NCBI RefSeq assembly: GCF_009914755.1
Contig: NC_060942.1
Strand: one strand, 5' to 3'
DNA from: the human T2T-CHM13v2.0 reference genome, Homo sapiens
Length of the DNA stretch: 64,000 nt
How positions within the stretch are numbered: position 1 is the stretch's first letter; every line of letters starts with the position of its first letter. This document shows, piece by piece, positions 1-11,222 of this stretch. The position numbers and the translations under genes are program-made. The notes under the pieces are model-generated. The model saw only the letters and a list, made by a program, of their open reading frames with translations. It did no database searches and was not told where the DNA came from.

Positions 1-297
1 CCTCAAGTGGATAATGGGGTTGACGGGGGCGTCCTCAGTGGCCGGCAGAAGTGAGCACACATCCTTTCTAAAGGAACACAACTTAGATCTCAACTAATTC
101 CCCAGATAAAATGATAGATAACTTGAATAATAAAGATCACAGAACACCACTAGGGAGAGGCGGGAAAACAGCAAACCACAGTGGCAGGTGTCGGATGCTT
201 GATCGTCACAGAAGCTGAGACAAGCAGGTTTGATCTATGTAAGGAAATAAAGGAAAGGAGTGTGTGTGACAGAGACTATTAGAACATCATCACACGA

Positions 298-412
298 GCC
301 AGGTGCAGCAGCTCCGCCTGGAACCCCAGCACCCTGAAAGGCCAGTTTGTTTGAGCCCAGCAGTTTGAGACCAGCATGGGCAACGTGACGAGACCTTCTC
401 TTTACAAAAAAT
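298..412 (+). mobile_element. Old Alu monomer (FLAM/AluJ left arm)
   Basis: GCCAGGTGCAGCAGCTC...TTTGAGCCCAGCAGTTTGAGACCAGCATGGGCAAC...A-rich tail; ATCATCACAC on both flanks (TSD-like). Confidence 0.85.
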
Positions 413-439
413 AGTTTTTTAAAATTTTAAAATCATCAC

Positions 440-1650
440 ACATTTTTGGAGATGCTTTTTCACTTTAAAAATCCTATTTAGAGTTCATCTGAAATTTAAA
501 ACTCAATGGACAGATCAAAAAGCACATTAGACACAGCTGAAGAGAAAACCAGTGAACTGGAAGCCAAATCCAAAGAAATCATTCAGAAATCAACGTGGCA
601 AGATGGGAAATATTGGAGAGAAGATAAAACACATGGCAGTCGGAATGGGAAGGTCCAGGGTGCATCTTGAAATCCAGGTTTCAGGAAGAATTGAAGATAT
701 GATGGCTTTGAATTTTCCAAAATTGCTTAAAGAACTCAAGCCTTAGATTCTAGAATCTCACTGAATCCAAAATAATATAATTAAAATGAAATCAGAACTT
801 ATAGTGGAATTCAGAACCAAAATCCTAAAATTTGCAGATAATTTAGATTCTCTGAAACATTCAATGGAAACAAATAGAAGACAGAAGACAGGGAAAACAC
901 ATCTTCAAAGTACTTAGAGGAAATAACTATCAGTCTAGAACTGTGCCCAGTGAAATTATTGTTTGAGATCAAGGGTAGAGTAAAACACTTTCAGACAAAA
1001 GCTGTGAGTTTGCCACCAACAGACCCCCATGAAAGAAAATCCTAAAGGAGGTTGTCATGGCCCTGTGAACCCCACTGGAGTGCATTACCCTACTCAATAT
1101 TGGAGATACATATCGCTAATAACAGAGATCCAAAAATAAAAGGTACCTACACATATTAGAGCTGTGCTGTTATGAGCAAAATCTGATGAGACCATAAAAA
1201 GAAATTGACAAATTCAGCAGCATTTTGGGAGATTTTAATACCTCTTTCAATAATTGATAAGACACACACAAATCAGAAAGAATACAGAAAAATGACCACC
1301 ATAATACACAACTTTGGTGTAATGGACATATATAGGGTATTTCCAGAGTTTTCTGATCGTTTAGAAACCAATGAAATGTTAACTAGAAAAACCTCTCACA
1401 TTTGGAAATTTATATTAACTCGTGAGCCAAGAATCAGTCACAGTGGAAACTGAACAGACATCTGTGTGAACCGCATTTGAACTACATTTCAAAACTTGTG
1501 GCAATGCAGCCTAAGTGATATTTAAACATTTGGTTTTCTATTTTATAAAACTTAACATCCATTCATGTTTGAAAAGGGGTCTCTAAATTTACCAAGAATA
1601 GACTCTTCCTTAACCTAATGGGCAGCCTCATAAAAATCTACACAAACTTG
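440..1650 (+). mobile_element. Ancient L1 (L1M-type) ORF1/ORF2 remnant
   Basis: A-rich; AAACTCAATGGA...TTAGACACAGCTGAAGAGAAAACCAGTGAACTGGAAG resembles L1 ORF1; GGGAGATTTTAATACCTCTTTCAATAATTGATA resembles the ORF2 endonuclease region; frames broken. Confidence 0.8.
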
Positions 1651-1685
1651 TAGGGTTTTTTTTCTATAAGTAAACTTGCAGTATT

Positions 1686-1968
1686 TCTTAGACACAAGGT
1701 CTTGCTCTGTTGCCTAGGCTGGAGTGCAGTGGTCCAACCATAGCTCACTGCAGCCTCAAACTGCTGGGCTCAAGTGATCCTCCTGCCTCAGCCTGCCTAG
1801 TAACAGCCTACAGTGTGGACCGCCACACTCAGCTAACTTTGTAACTTTTAGTAAAGATGGGGTCTCACCATGTTGCCCAGTCTAGTCTCAAACTCCTGGC
1901 CTCAAGTGATCCTCCTGCCTCAGCCTCCCAAAGTGCTGGGATTATAGGCATGAGCCACTGAGCCTGGC
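1686..1968 (-). mobile_element. AluJ
   Basis: Reverse Alu: GGTCTTGCTCTGTTGCCTAGGCTGGAGTGCAGTGG...CCCAAAGTGCTGGGATTATAGGCATGAGCCACTGAGCCTGGCC. Confidence 0.92.
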
Positions 1969-1980
1969 CCCAAACTTGTA

Positions 1981-2400
1981 ATTAATACTGAAATATTAAA
2001 GTATTTACTGTTAAGTTCAAGAAAAACCCTACGTTGTATTATTAGATTGCATGCTTGCCTCTAATGCCCCCAAATTATAAATGATTAGAATTAAAAAGCA
2101 TTTATTTGGTATCTACACACAAAGTCAGTGTACATATGTCATTTCCACTTCTAGGAACTAGAACAAGCAAAATGTAATTTTAAAAAACTTACAGCATCAA
2201 AAAATTGAGTACTAAGACTATATCTAATTTAAAAACTGAAAGTTCTTTGAGAAAATTCTACAGGTTTACTGAAAGTACTAACATCTTAACTGGAGAGTGG
2301 CATGGTCATGGATAGACTTCGTATCTTAAAGGTGTCATCCAAGTGAATCCCGTTTCATTACAAATGTCAGGTTTTCAGTGGAGAAGCCATAGTCAGCTTT
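1981..2400 (+). mobile_element. Ancient L1 ORF2 remnant (continuation)
   Basis: A-rich, CATGGTCATGGATAGACT and other L1 ORF2-like segments. Confidence 0.6.
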
Positions 2401-3503
2401 CGCTAAGCTGCGCTGCAGTAACGAGCGATCCCAGAATGCCAGTGGCTTCCCACCGCAAAGGCTTTCTTCCTGGCTGAAGGTGCGCGCCATCCCCAAGCTG
2501 GCGGCCACTCTGCTCCTGCGTCCATTCCAGGCAGAGTCTGACATGGAGCCAGGGTGTGTGGGACCCAGGTGAGGCGGCTCCCACAGGGACACTGCACACC
2601 AATCAGTCTTGGCCAGCCCCGACGTGGACCGGAGGTGAGGAACAGTGGGTAGGAACCCTCCGACCATGGGCGCAGAACAACGCGGCATGATAATCCTGGA
2701 GATTGCTGTTCGTTTAAAGTGCAACGTGCAGACTTGGTGCTGGAGGCGGAGCTGGGAAGCAGGTGTCTGAACGTGAGATGGAAGCATTTTTTGGAAATTC
2801 ACTTCCTCAAATGCTCGGACTGGCTGTGGGCAGCGGACAGTTAAGGATACCCAGTGAGGCCCCCAGATCCCCAGCCATCGGGCAGGGCCTGAGCCCACGG
2901 TGAGCCAGAAGAGGATGGGGGGAAGATCCCCAGGGTGAGCAGCTCTGGGGGCAGCAGGGAGGAGGGGGTGGCCCCGGAGCCGGCCCAGCACGGGGAGGGG
3001 GTGGTCCCTGCACGGGAGCCTCCGTGGGCTGCTGACCGGGTGGGATGTCCTTGTGGGAGCCGGTCCAGAGGGAGGAGGTGCGGGGCTGGGAGGCACAGGG
3101 AGCCCTGCAGCCTGGCCTCGGCACCACGTCCTTCCCCCACTGTGACAAGTTCACACTTTCCTCTGCAGCCTCTGTGACTCGCCTCAGTTCCCCAGGACAC
3201 TGTGGTGCCATGGAGGTCTGTCCCCTCCCTCCTCCTCACAGCAGAGACCCGGGGGCATGAGGCAGCGTCTGCTCCAGAGTGGGCCCGATGGGCCTGTGGG
3301 CCGGGTGAAACCATGTGCACAGAAAGCTTGCAGCAGACAAGAAACATAGAAAATGTCTTTTATTCTCCACTGCTTTTCACACTCGATGTCAGCTTTCAGC
3401 TGGCGGGATCTGGAGTGAGCGTGTGAGATGTTTCCCAGCGTGAGGGGAGCAGGTGCTGCGGTGAGCTCCCCAGGGCTGGGGTCGGAATCCAAAGGCGCAG
3501 GGC

Positions 3504-4870
3504 GGCCTCCCCTCCACGCCGTCCTCCCCTCCACACAGGGCTCCCCTCCACACCGTCCTCCCCTCCACGCCGTCCTCCCCTCCACGCCGTCCTCCCCTCC
3601 ACACAGGGCTCCCCTCCACACCGTCCTCCCCTCCACGCCGTCCTCCCCTCCACGCCGTCCTCCCCTCCACACAGGGCTCCCCTCCACACCGTCCTCCCCT
3701 CCACGCCGTCCTCCCCTCCACGCCGTCCTCCCCTCCACACAGGGCTCCCCTCCACACCGTCCTCCCCTCCACGCCGTCCTCCCCTCCACGCCGTCCTCCC
3801 CTCCACACAGGGCTCCCCTCCACACCGTCCTCCCCTCCATGCCAGCCTCCCCTCCACACCGTCCTCCCCTCCATGCCAGCCTCCCCTCCACACCGTCCTC
3901 CCCTCCACACAGGGCTCCCCTCCACACCGTCCTCCCCTCCACGCCGTCCTCCCCTCCACGCCGTCCTCCCCTCCACACAGGGCTCCCCTCCACGCCATCC
4001 TCCCCTCCACACCGTCCTCCCCTCCACGCCAGCCTCCCCTCCACGCCGTCCTCCCCTCCACGCCGTCCTCCCCTCCATGCCAGCCTCCCCTCCATGACAT
4101 CCTCCCTTCCATGACATCCTCCCCTCCACGGCGGCCTCCCCTCCACGCCGTCCTCCCCTCCACACCGTCCTCCCCTCCACGCCGTCCTCCCCTCCACGCC
4201 GTCCTCCCCTCCACGCCATCCTCCCCTCCACACAGGGCTCCCCTCCATGCCGTCCTCCCCTCCACACAGGGCTCCCCTCCACGCCAGCCTCCCCTCCATG
4301 ACATCCTCCCCTCCATGACATCCTCCCTTCCACGCCGTCCTCCCCTCCACACCGGCCTCCCCTCCACGCCGTCCTCCCCTCCACGCCATCCTCCCCTCCA
4401 CAGCGGCCTCCCCTCCACACTGTCCTCCCCTCCACGCCGTCCTCCCCTCCACGCCAGCCTCCCCTCCATGACATCCTCCCCTCCATGGAGGCCTCCCCTC
4501 CACACAGGGCTCCCCTCCACGCCGTCCTCCCCTCCACACCATCCTCCCCTCCACACCGTCCTCCCTTCCACACCGTCCTCCCCTCCACGCCATCCTCCCC
4601 TCCACACCGTCCTCCCCTCCACGCCGTCCTCCCCTCCACACCGTCCTCCCCTCCACGCCGGCCTCCCCTCCACGCCGTCCTCCCCTCCACGCCGTCCTCC
4701 CCTCCACGCCGTCCTCCCCTCCATGACATCCTCCCTTCCATGACATCCTCCCCTCCACGGCGGCCTCCCCTCCACGCCGTCCTCCCCTCCACACCGTCCT
4801 CCCCTCCACGCCGTCCTCCCCTCCACACCGGCCTCCCCTCCACGCCGGCCTCCCCTCCATGCTGTCCTCC
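3504..4870. repeat. 17-bp C-rich minisatellite (CCTCCCCTCCACGCCGT variants), ~80 copies
   Basis: Constant CTCCCCTCCA core with variant tails (CGCCGT, CACCGT, CACAGGG, TGACAT, TGCCAG). Confidence 0.98.
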
Positions 4871-5761
4871 CATGGACCCGGCTCTCAGGCTGCCCTCAGT
4901 CCCCGGCATCCCAAGCCCGTGGATGCCTGCAGCTTCCCAGCCCACAGGGAGGCCCCACCCGCCCATGCCTGGCCGCCTGCCTGCTTCACAGACGCCCCGA
5001 GGAGCAGCAGGGGCACCTGGAGCCTTGGTTGTCTTGGGAGGCTGGTGCACAGCCCGTTCCCAGAGCAAGAAAGCGTGGAGCCAGCAGCCGGCCTGGCAGA
5101 GGCTGGAGCGTGGGAGAAAGACCCCAGGACGGGTGGCGTCCGGAAGAGAACACGGAATCAGGGTGGAGGGCGGTGCTTTGGGAAGAACGGCACTGGGGGC
5201 TTCGGCCTCCTCCTCCCTCCTGTTCCTGAGCCTTCTGTACTGACAGCAGCCACGTGGCTGCCCCCCTGCAGACTGGGGAGGGGAATCACTCCTTTCCCCG
5301 GGTGATAGGGACCCTGGAACCTTCTAGCACGTTGCCTTTAAAGGCTAATTATTCTGACGGTCATTTCTTTCCTAAATACCTGAGGGAGGGAGGGAGGTGT
5401 CGTTCCCGCAATGGAGTTCATGGCTCTGAACGCATGCAGTGGCCGCTGTGTCCTCGCCCCCGCACCAGGCCCCGAAGGCGGCAGCTCCCACGGCCTCGTC
5501 CATTTCTAAAAGCCCCACCTCCGAGAGGCACAGGAGGGCAATTCACGGAGGGTGTTTTCGAACCGGGACAGACGGCTTCAGGAAGCCTTTAGGAACTGTT
5601 CTGCCTATGAGGGCCGTGAACAGGGGCAGTTAGGACCCTGCTGGGTGAGGGAGGTTTTGATGGGTGCATCTCGGCACCAGGACACCTGCACAGCACACAC
5701 CACGGCTGTTGTTTCAGGCGTCTGGGGACGTCAGACCCCCAGGTCATCAGGCAGGCGATGC

Positions 5762-6019
5762 GTCCATGAGGGAGGTAAGGAGAGGAGGGTCGGGTGCAGG
5801 GCCGGGTCCTGTCCTGCTGAGTCCATGGGGAGGTGAGGAGAGGAGGGTCGGGTGCAGGGCCGGGTCCTGTCCTGCTGCGTCCGTGAGGGAGGTGAGAGCC
5901 CGCCTGGGCACAGGGCCTGGGTCCTGTCCTGCTGCGTCCATGTGGGCGACGTGAGGAGAGGCGGGTTGAGTGTAGGGCCCAGGTGCTGTCCTGCTGGGTC
6001 CATGGGGGAAGTGAGGAGA
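5762..6019. repeat. ~59-bp degenerate tandem repeat, ~4.3 copies
   Basis: GTCCATG..GGAGGT.AGGAGAGGAGGGTCGGGTGCAGGGCCGGGTCCTGTCCTGCTG recurs. Confidence 0.9.
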
Positions 6020-6949
6020 CGCTGCCGCCCGCTCACTGCCGGGAACCTCATCCTTGGCTGGGAAGGAAAGTGGAGTCAGGAGGCTGTGGCCACCAGCCCC
6101 AGAGACCCCCAGGCCCGAGCTCCCCTCCGCTGGACACCGGGCCGCCCACCCCTTGCCCAGGTAGGGGCACCGTTGACCAAGACTCCCAGGGCTGCCAGCT
6201 GGAAAGCAGCAGGAAGGGGCACATGACGCTGTCCAGCTACCACGGAGAGGAAGGCGCTGTGGGTGTAGGGCAGGTGCCACCCCCCCTGCACCTCAGACAT
6301 GACCCCTTCTTTCCCTGCTCCTGAGGGTGCAGGAGGAGCACCTTTCTCTACCGCACTGGCCCAGGCGGCTCTCAGTGTCTTCTGACCTTGCTGTGGCAGG
6401 GATGGCCTCTGAGTCACTGGGAGCTGGAGCTTCAGAGCCGGGGCACCCTCTTCCCGCTGACTGCAGGCCGGACCCCTCTCCCAAACCAGCACTCGGCCTG
6501 CCCAGCCAGGTCCTCCTGCCCAGGTGCTGCCCTGGCCACCCGACTCTCCAGATGTCACAGTCTCCGACAGGCAGAACGTACCGCACTTGGAATTGTGTGG
6601 TTTCCGATCCTTCCAGTGGCTTCCCTGGTCTTGGTGTTAGAACACGTAAGCAAAGTGAATTTGGCAACCAAGGTTAGGACAGAGACAAGCTCCCCACACC
6701 CTTGCATTCCCCGAAGCACTTGCCTCACGTCCCAGGAAAGCCTGCTATCTGCAGGCGACATCACGTGTAAAACGCATTCGTTTTTGGTTTTGATGAACCC
6801 TTCGGCTGTCCTTTTCCTGCACGGACGCCCGACGCTACTGGAGGACCTCTGACTGTTGATCCTGTGGGAAGAGCCGCAGGCGGTGGACGCCTCGGAGGAA
6901 CGAGCACTCTTTCTCCCCGAGCTCCTCGGCAAGGGTTTCATCACAGAGT

Positions 6950-7400
6950 GGAGGAGAAAGACCCACAGAATTTACCCATCTGAACAACCCAGAGAAAGCA
7001 GGCTGAGGAAAATGCGCAGATATTCGTATCCAACATGTGTATCTTCAGAGTCCCAGGGTAAGGGGAGGAACATGAGGCTGAAAGTCGGGGACGTCGTGGC
7101 CAAGACTCAGCACGTTTGGCAAAATACAGAAACCTGCAGATCCAAGGAGCTCACAGTGCCAAGTAGGACAAACCCAGACACACCAGAATTAAACATCTAA
7201 AAACTAAAGATGAAGATGAACGCTTCGCACAGCCTGGGGAAGGACTCACGGCCTGCAGGGAACCCCAGCTCAAGTGGTAGTGGGTTTTCCATCTGCATCG
7301 TGGGGCCCAAAGGAAGTGGGACTGTTTTTAGGCACCGAAAGAAAAGAAGCTCCAAGAGTCACATCTGGCAAAACTGTCCTCCCTGGAGCCCAGGGCAGCC
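6950..7400 (+). mobile_element. Highly diverged L1 ORF1 remnant
   Basis: CCCACAGAATTTACCCA and TTTGGCAAAATACAGAAACCTGCAGATCCAAGGAGC match by eye the L1 ORF1 piece at 44651-44875. Confidence 0.7.
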
Positions 7401-7879
7401 ACCCGCATTCCCGGGATGATGTTGGACGTGCACATGTTTCTGCAGGGGCTGCTGGGCCCCACTTTATGGACCTGGACGTTACTGTGAGTCAAAGAGGAAG
7501 ATGCATTCACAGCAGGTCTGTGGCTCGAGAAGGTTTGCACCTTGGTAAAATGTTAAAGGAACAGCAGCAAACGGTGACTGAGGGTGAAGAGGCGAAGCTG
7601 CACCAGCAGTGGAGGTCACGGGCGAGGGTGCCAGGTGGGGCGGCGGCAGCAGTGAGCCCCAGGTACTGCCCACCTGCAGCAGGGACCTCACATACCTGTG
7701 GCCCGGCCAGTGGGCCCCCACCTGGGCGACCAGGTGAACGGACAAGCCCCCCGGGACCATGCAGGCACCCACCGTCAGCGAGTGTGGTGTGCACAAGGCT
7801 TCACACGGCCCAGCCCATCCTACCCAGACTGCAGATTCTGAGCGAATGATGCTGTTGCTTGTCAGCCACTACGTTTTAG

Positions 7880-8080
<201 letters not shown>

Positions 8081-8489
8081 TGATACCATCATACTCGGAA
8101 CACTTTTAAAGAAACCATGTTCCTCTAAAACGTACCAAGCGAGGGCAGCCCCCTCAACCCAGTCCCGGATAAATCAACCCAATGGTGTTTCGGAACCCCA
8201 CAGAGGCAACATTAAACCCAAACCTTAAGGCCATTTCAGGTCACAAAGAAAGGGTCTTATTCCAGAGCGTGGAGTGTTCAGTCCGGCACATCAATCAACA
8301 CCTGAATGTTCCTGTAAAGGGAGGTGTCCCGCACCATTCCCGTCGCATGATCTCACGCGTGGAGTCAACAGAAGTCGAACTCAGGCAGGAGTGGGAGGGT
8401 GGGCTCCAGGGTGGGGAGGGGCTGGGGAGAGGTTGGTGGAAGGACCCCATTTCTGCTACATGGGAGGGGATGCTTTGAGTCCGTAACAT

Positions 8490-8953
8490 GGTGGCCCCTG
8501 TCCTCAGGGGACACATTCCGATCCCCTACACATGCCAGAAGCCCGATACGTGTGCTATGCACTGATTTCTTTATCCTTGTTAATAGTTTAACCAATAGAA
8601 GATTCCTTCTTTTGGTGGATTCTTAGCAACCTCAGCATGTGACTTTTTCCCTGTCTTTCCTGAGCCGAGAACTTTCACCTTTCCACGTAAAGACAGCACT
8701 TTAGGCTTCTCCTTGGCAGATCTGAATTGCCAGCATCATTGCTCTTGTGCTTTGGGGCCAAACATTATTAAGCAAAATGAGGGTCACTTTACACCAGCAC
8801 TTTGGTACCGTGACAGTCAGACAACTGAGACGGCTCCTGAGCAACCAACAGCAAGGGGCGCCTGCAGCGTGGACGATGGGCGGGTCCCGTCCTGGGTGGG
8901 GCAGAGCGGGATGGATTCTATCGCCTGCTCAGAACGCTGCACGATGTAAAACT
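8490..8953 (-). mobile_element. Tigger7/MER44B-like DNA transposon fossil
   Basis: Minus strand reads GGCCCCAAAGCACAAGAGCAATGATGCTGGCAATTCAGAT...GGTGAAAGTTCTC...ATGCTGAGGTTGCTAAGA, matching my recollection of the Tigger7 transposase start, and ends in a MER44-like terminus. Confidence 0.8.
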
Positions 8954-9848
8954 GGTACTTGCCAGGGACAAGAAGGACCATTCAGCTTTGGGACGTGACC
9001 AGGAGGTCTCAGAGAGAAGCAAACAGCTGCGTCCCTGTGCTGAGGCCGCTGGCGTGGGCGCCTGTCCTGGAGCCCGGGGTATTGGCAGCGCCCAGGGGGA
9101 GCCCAGCGACCCATTGTGGCTCCACATCCCACAGGTTCACCGGAGACAAGCCTTTGTTTTTGCAGCCACCGTCTTGGCGTAGCAGCTACAACTCCTCCCC
9201 TGAGGTTTCTGGCGCTCCGTTCTCCCTGCGCACTCCCCAAGCACCTCACTGAAGCCCCCACTCCCGGCCCTTCCTGTCTCCGTCACGGGGCCCAGCACAG
9301 AGCGGGCGCTCAGAGTCTACTCGCTGGTGCAGAAGAGACAGCAGCATTGAGAACGGGCGCTTCTGGCTCCAGGAGACAGCAGGGGAACCATCCAAGAGGG
9401 TCCTGCTGGGCTCCAGGCTCAGGACGAGGCCCTCGCAGGTGCCTGGGGGTGCAGAAAGACCAGGAAGATCAGGGGTGGCGCTCCAGTGCCCCCGGCACAC
9501 CCATCTGTCGGTATCCAGGCTGGATCTCCATACAGGATTTGGATTGAGGAAGGGGTTCCCTGATAGATAAAAGTAGTAATAATGACAACATTGTTATAAT
9601 AATGAGGACGTTTGAAATATCACTGGTCTAAGTGACTCACCAGGTACTTTTGGCACCAAAAAAGAAGAAAAAAAACACACGACATTGTCTTTTCTTTTTT
9701 TGCTGAAAAAGCCAATTGTTTCAAAACACAGGTGGAGAGCAGCCCAGCCTGGCCAGAGCTTCTGTGCAGCCTAGAAACGCACCGCTCAGCTCATTCATTC
9801 CCATCCAGGACGCAGCCGCCCCCCTTAGTGAAGAAGAGAGCACAGCCT

Positions 9849-10078
9849 GGCCAGGCGCGGTGGCTCACGCCTGTAATCTCAGCATTTTGGGAGGCCGAGG
9901 TGGGCAGATCACAAGGTCAGGAGATTGAGACCATCCTGGCTAACACAGTGAAACCCCGTCTCTACTAAAAATACAAAAAACTATCCGGGCGTGGTGGCAG
10001 GTGTCTGTAGTCCCAGCTACTCGGGAGGCTGAGGCAGGAGGATGGCATGAACCCGGGAGGCAGACCTTGCAGTGAGCT
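9849..10078 (+). mobile_element. AluY-like, 3'-truncated
   Basis: GAGACCATCCTGGCTAACAC and GATGGCATGAACCCGGGAGGC diagnostics; stops after GCAGTGAGCT with no poly-A. Confidence 0.9.
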
Positions 10079-11222
10079 GGAGAGAGCTCTAGGGTGGAGG
10101 ACTGTCCTGGAGGATGAAGACAGCTCTAGGGTGGAGGACTGTCCTGGAGGATGGAGACAGCTCTAAGGTGAAGGACTGTCATGGAGGATGGAGACTGTTC
10201 TAGGGTGCACTGTTATGGAGGATGGAGACAGCTCTATGGTGGAGGACTGTAATGGATGACGGAGACAGCTCTAGGGTGCACTGTCATAGACAATGGAGAC
10301 AGCTCTAGGGTGGAGGACTGTTCTGGAGGTTGGTGACAGCTCTAGGGTGGAGGACTGTCACAGAGGATTGAGACACCTCTAGGATGTAGGACTGTCATGG
10401 AGGATGAAGACAGCTCTAAGGTGGAGGACTGCCCTGGAGGACTGAGACAGCTCTAGGATAGAGGACTGTCCTGGAGGATTGAGACAGCTCTAGGGTGGAA
10501 GACTGTCCTGGAGGGTTGAGACAGCTCTAGGGTGGAGGACTTTCACAGAGGATTGAGTCACCTCTAGAGTGTAGGACTGTACTGGAGGTTGGCGATAGCT
10601 CTAGGGTGGACTGTCACAGAGGATGGAGACAGCTCCAGGGTGAAGGACTGTCCTGGAAAAAGGGACAGCTCTAGAGTGGAGGACTGTCCTGGAGGATGGT
10701 GACAGCTCTAGGGTGGAGGACTGTCATGGAGCATGGCCATAGCTCTAGGGCAAAGGACTGTCACGAAGGATGGCAATAGCTCTAGGGTGGAAGACTGTCC
10801 TGGAAGACGAAGATAGCTCTAGGGTGGACTGTCATAGAGGATGGAGGCAGCTCTAGGGTGGAGGAATTATCCTGGAGGGTGGTGACAGCTCTAGGGTGAA
10901 GGGCTGTTCTGGAGGGTGGTGACAGCTCTAGGGTAGAGCACTGTCACGGAGGATGCAGACAGTTCTAAGATGAATGACTGTCCTGGAGGGTTGAGACAGC
11001 TCTAGGGTGGAGGACTGTCATGGAGGATGGAGACAGCTCTAGGGTGGAGGACTGTCCTGGAGGATGGAGACAGCTCTAGGGTGGAGGACTGTCATGGAGG
11101 ATGGAGACAGCTCTAGGGTGGAGGACTGTGCTGAAGGATTGAGACAGCTCTAGGATGGAGGACTGTCCTGGAGGGTTGAGACAGCTCTAGGGTGGAGGAC
11201 TGTCCTGGAGGATGGTGACAGC
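10079..11222. repeat. 37-bp minisatellite (GGAGACAGCTCTAGGGTGGAGGACTGTCCTGGAGGAT), ~31 diverged copies
   Basis: Direct periodicity; some units 3 bp shorter. Confidence 0.97.

Noticed and set aside
3504-4870. PRDM9-A 13-mer (CCNCCNTNNCCNC) array
   Set aside because: I tried the registers of the common units by eye and found no exact match
3184-5243. 476-559-aa RGG-rich and Pro-rich ORFs
   Set aside because: Translations of the stop-free 17-bp minisatellite in every frame; no gene structure
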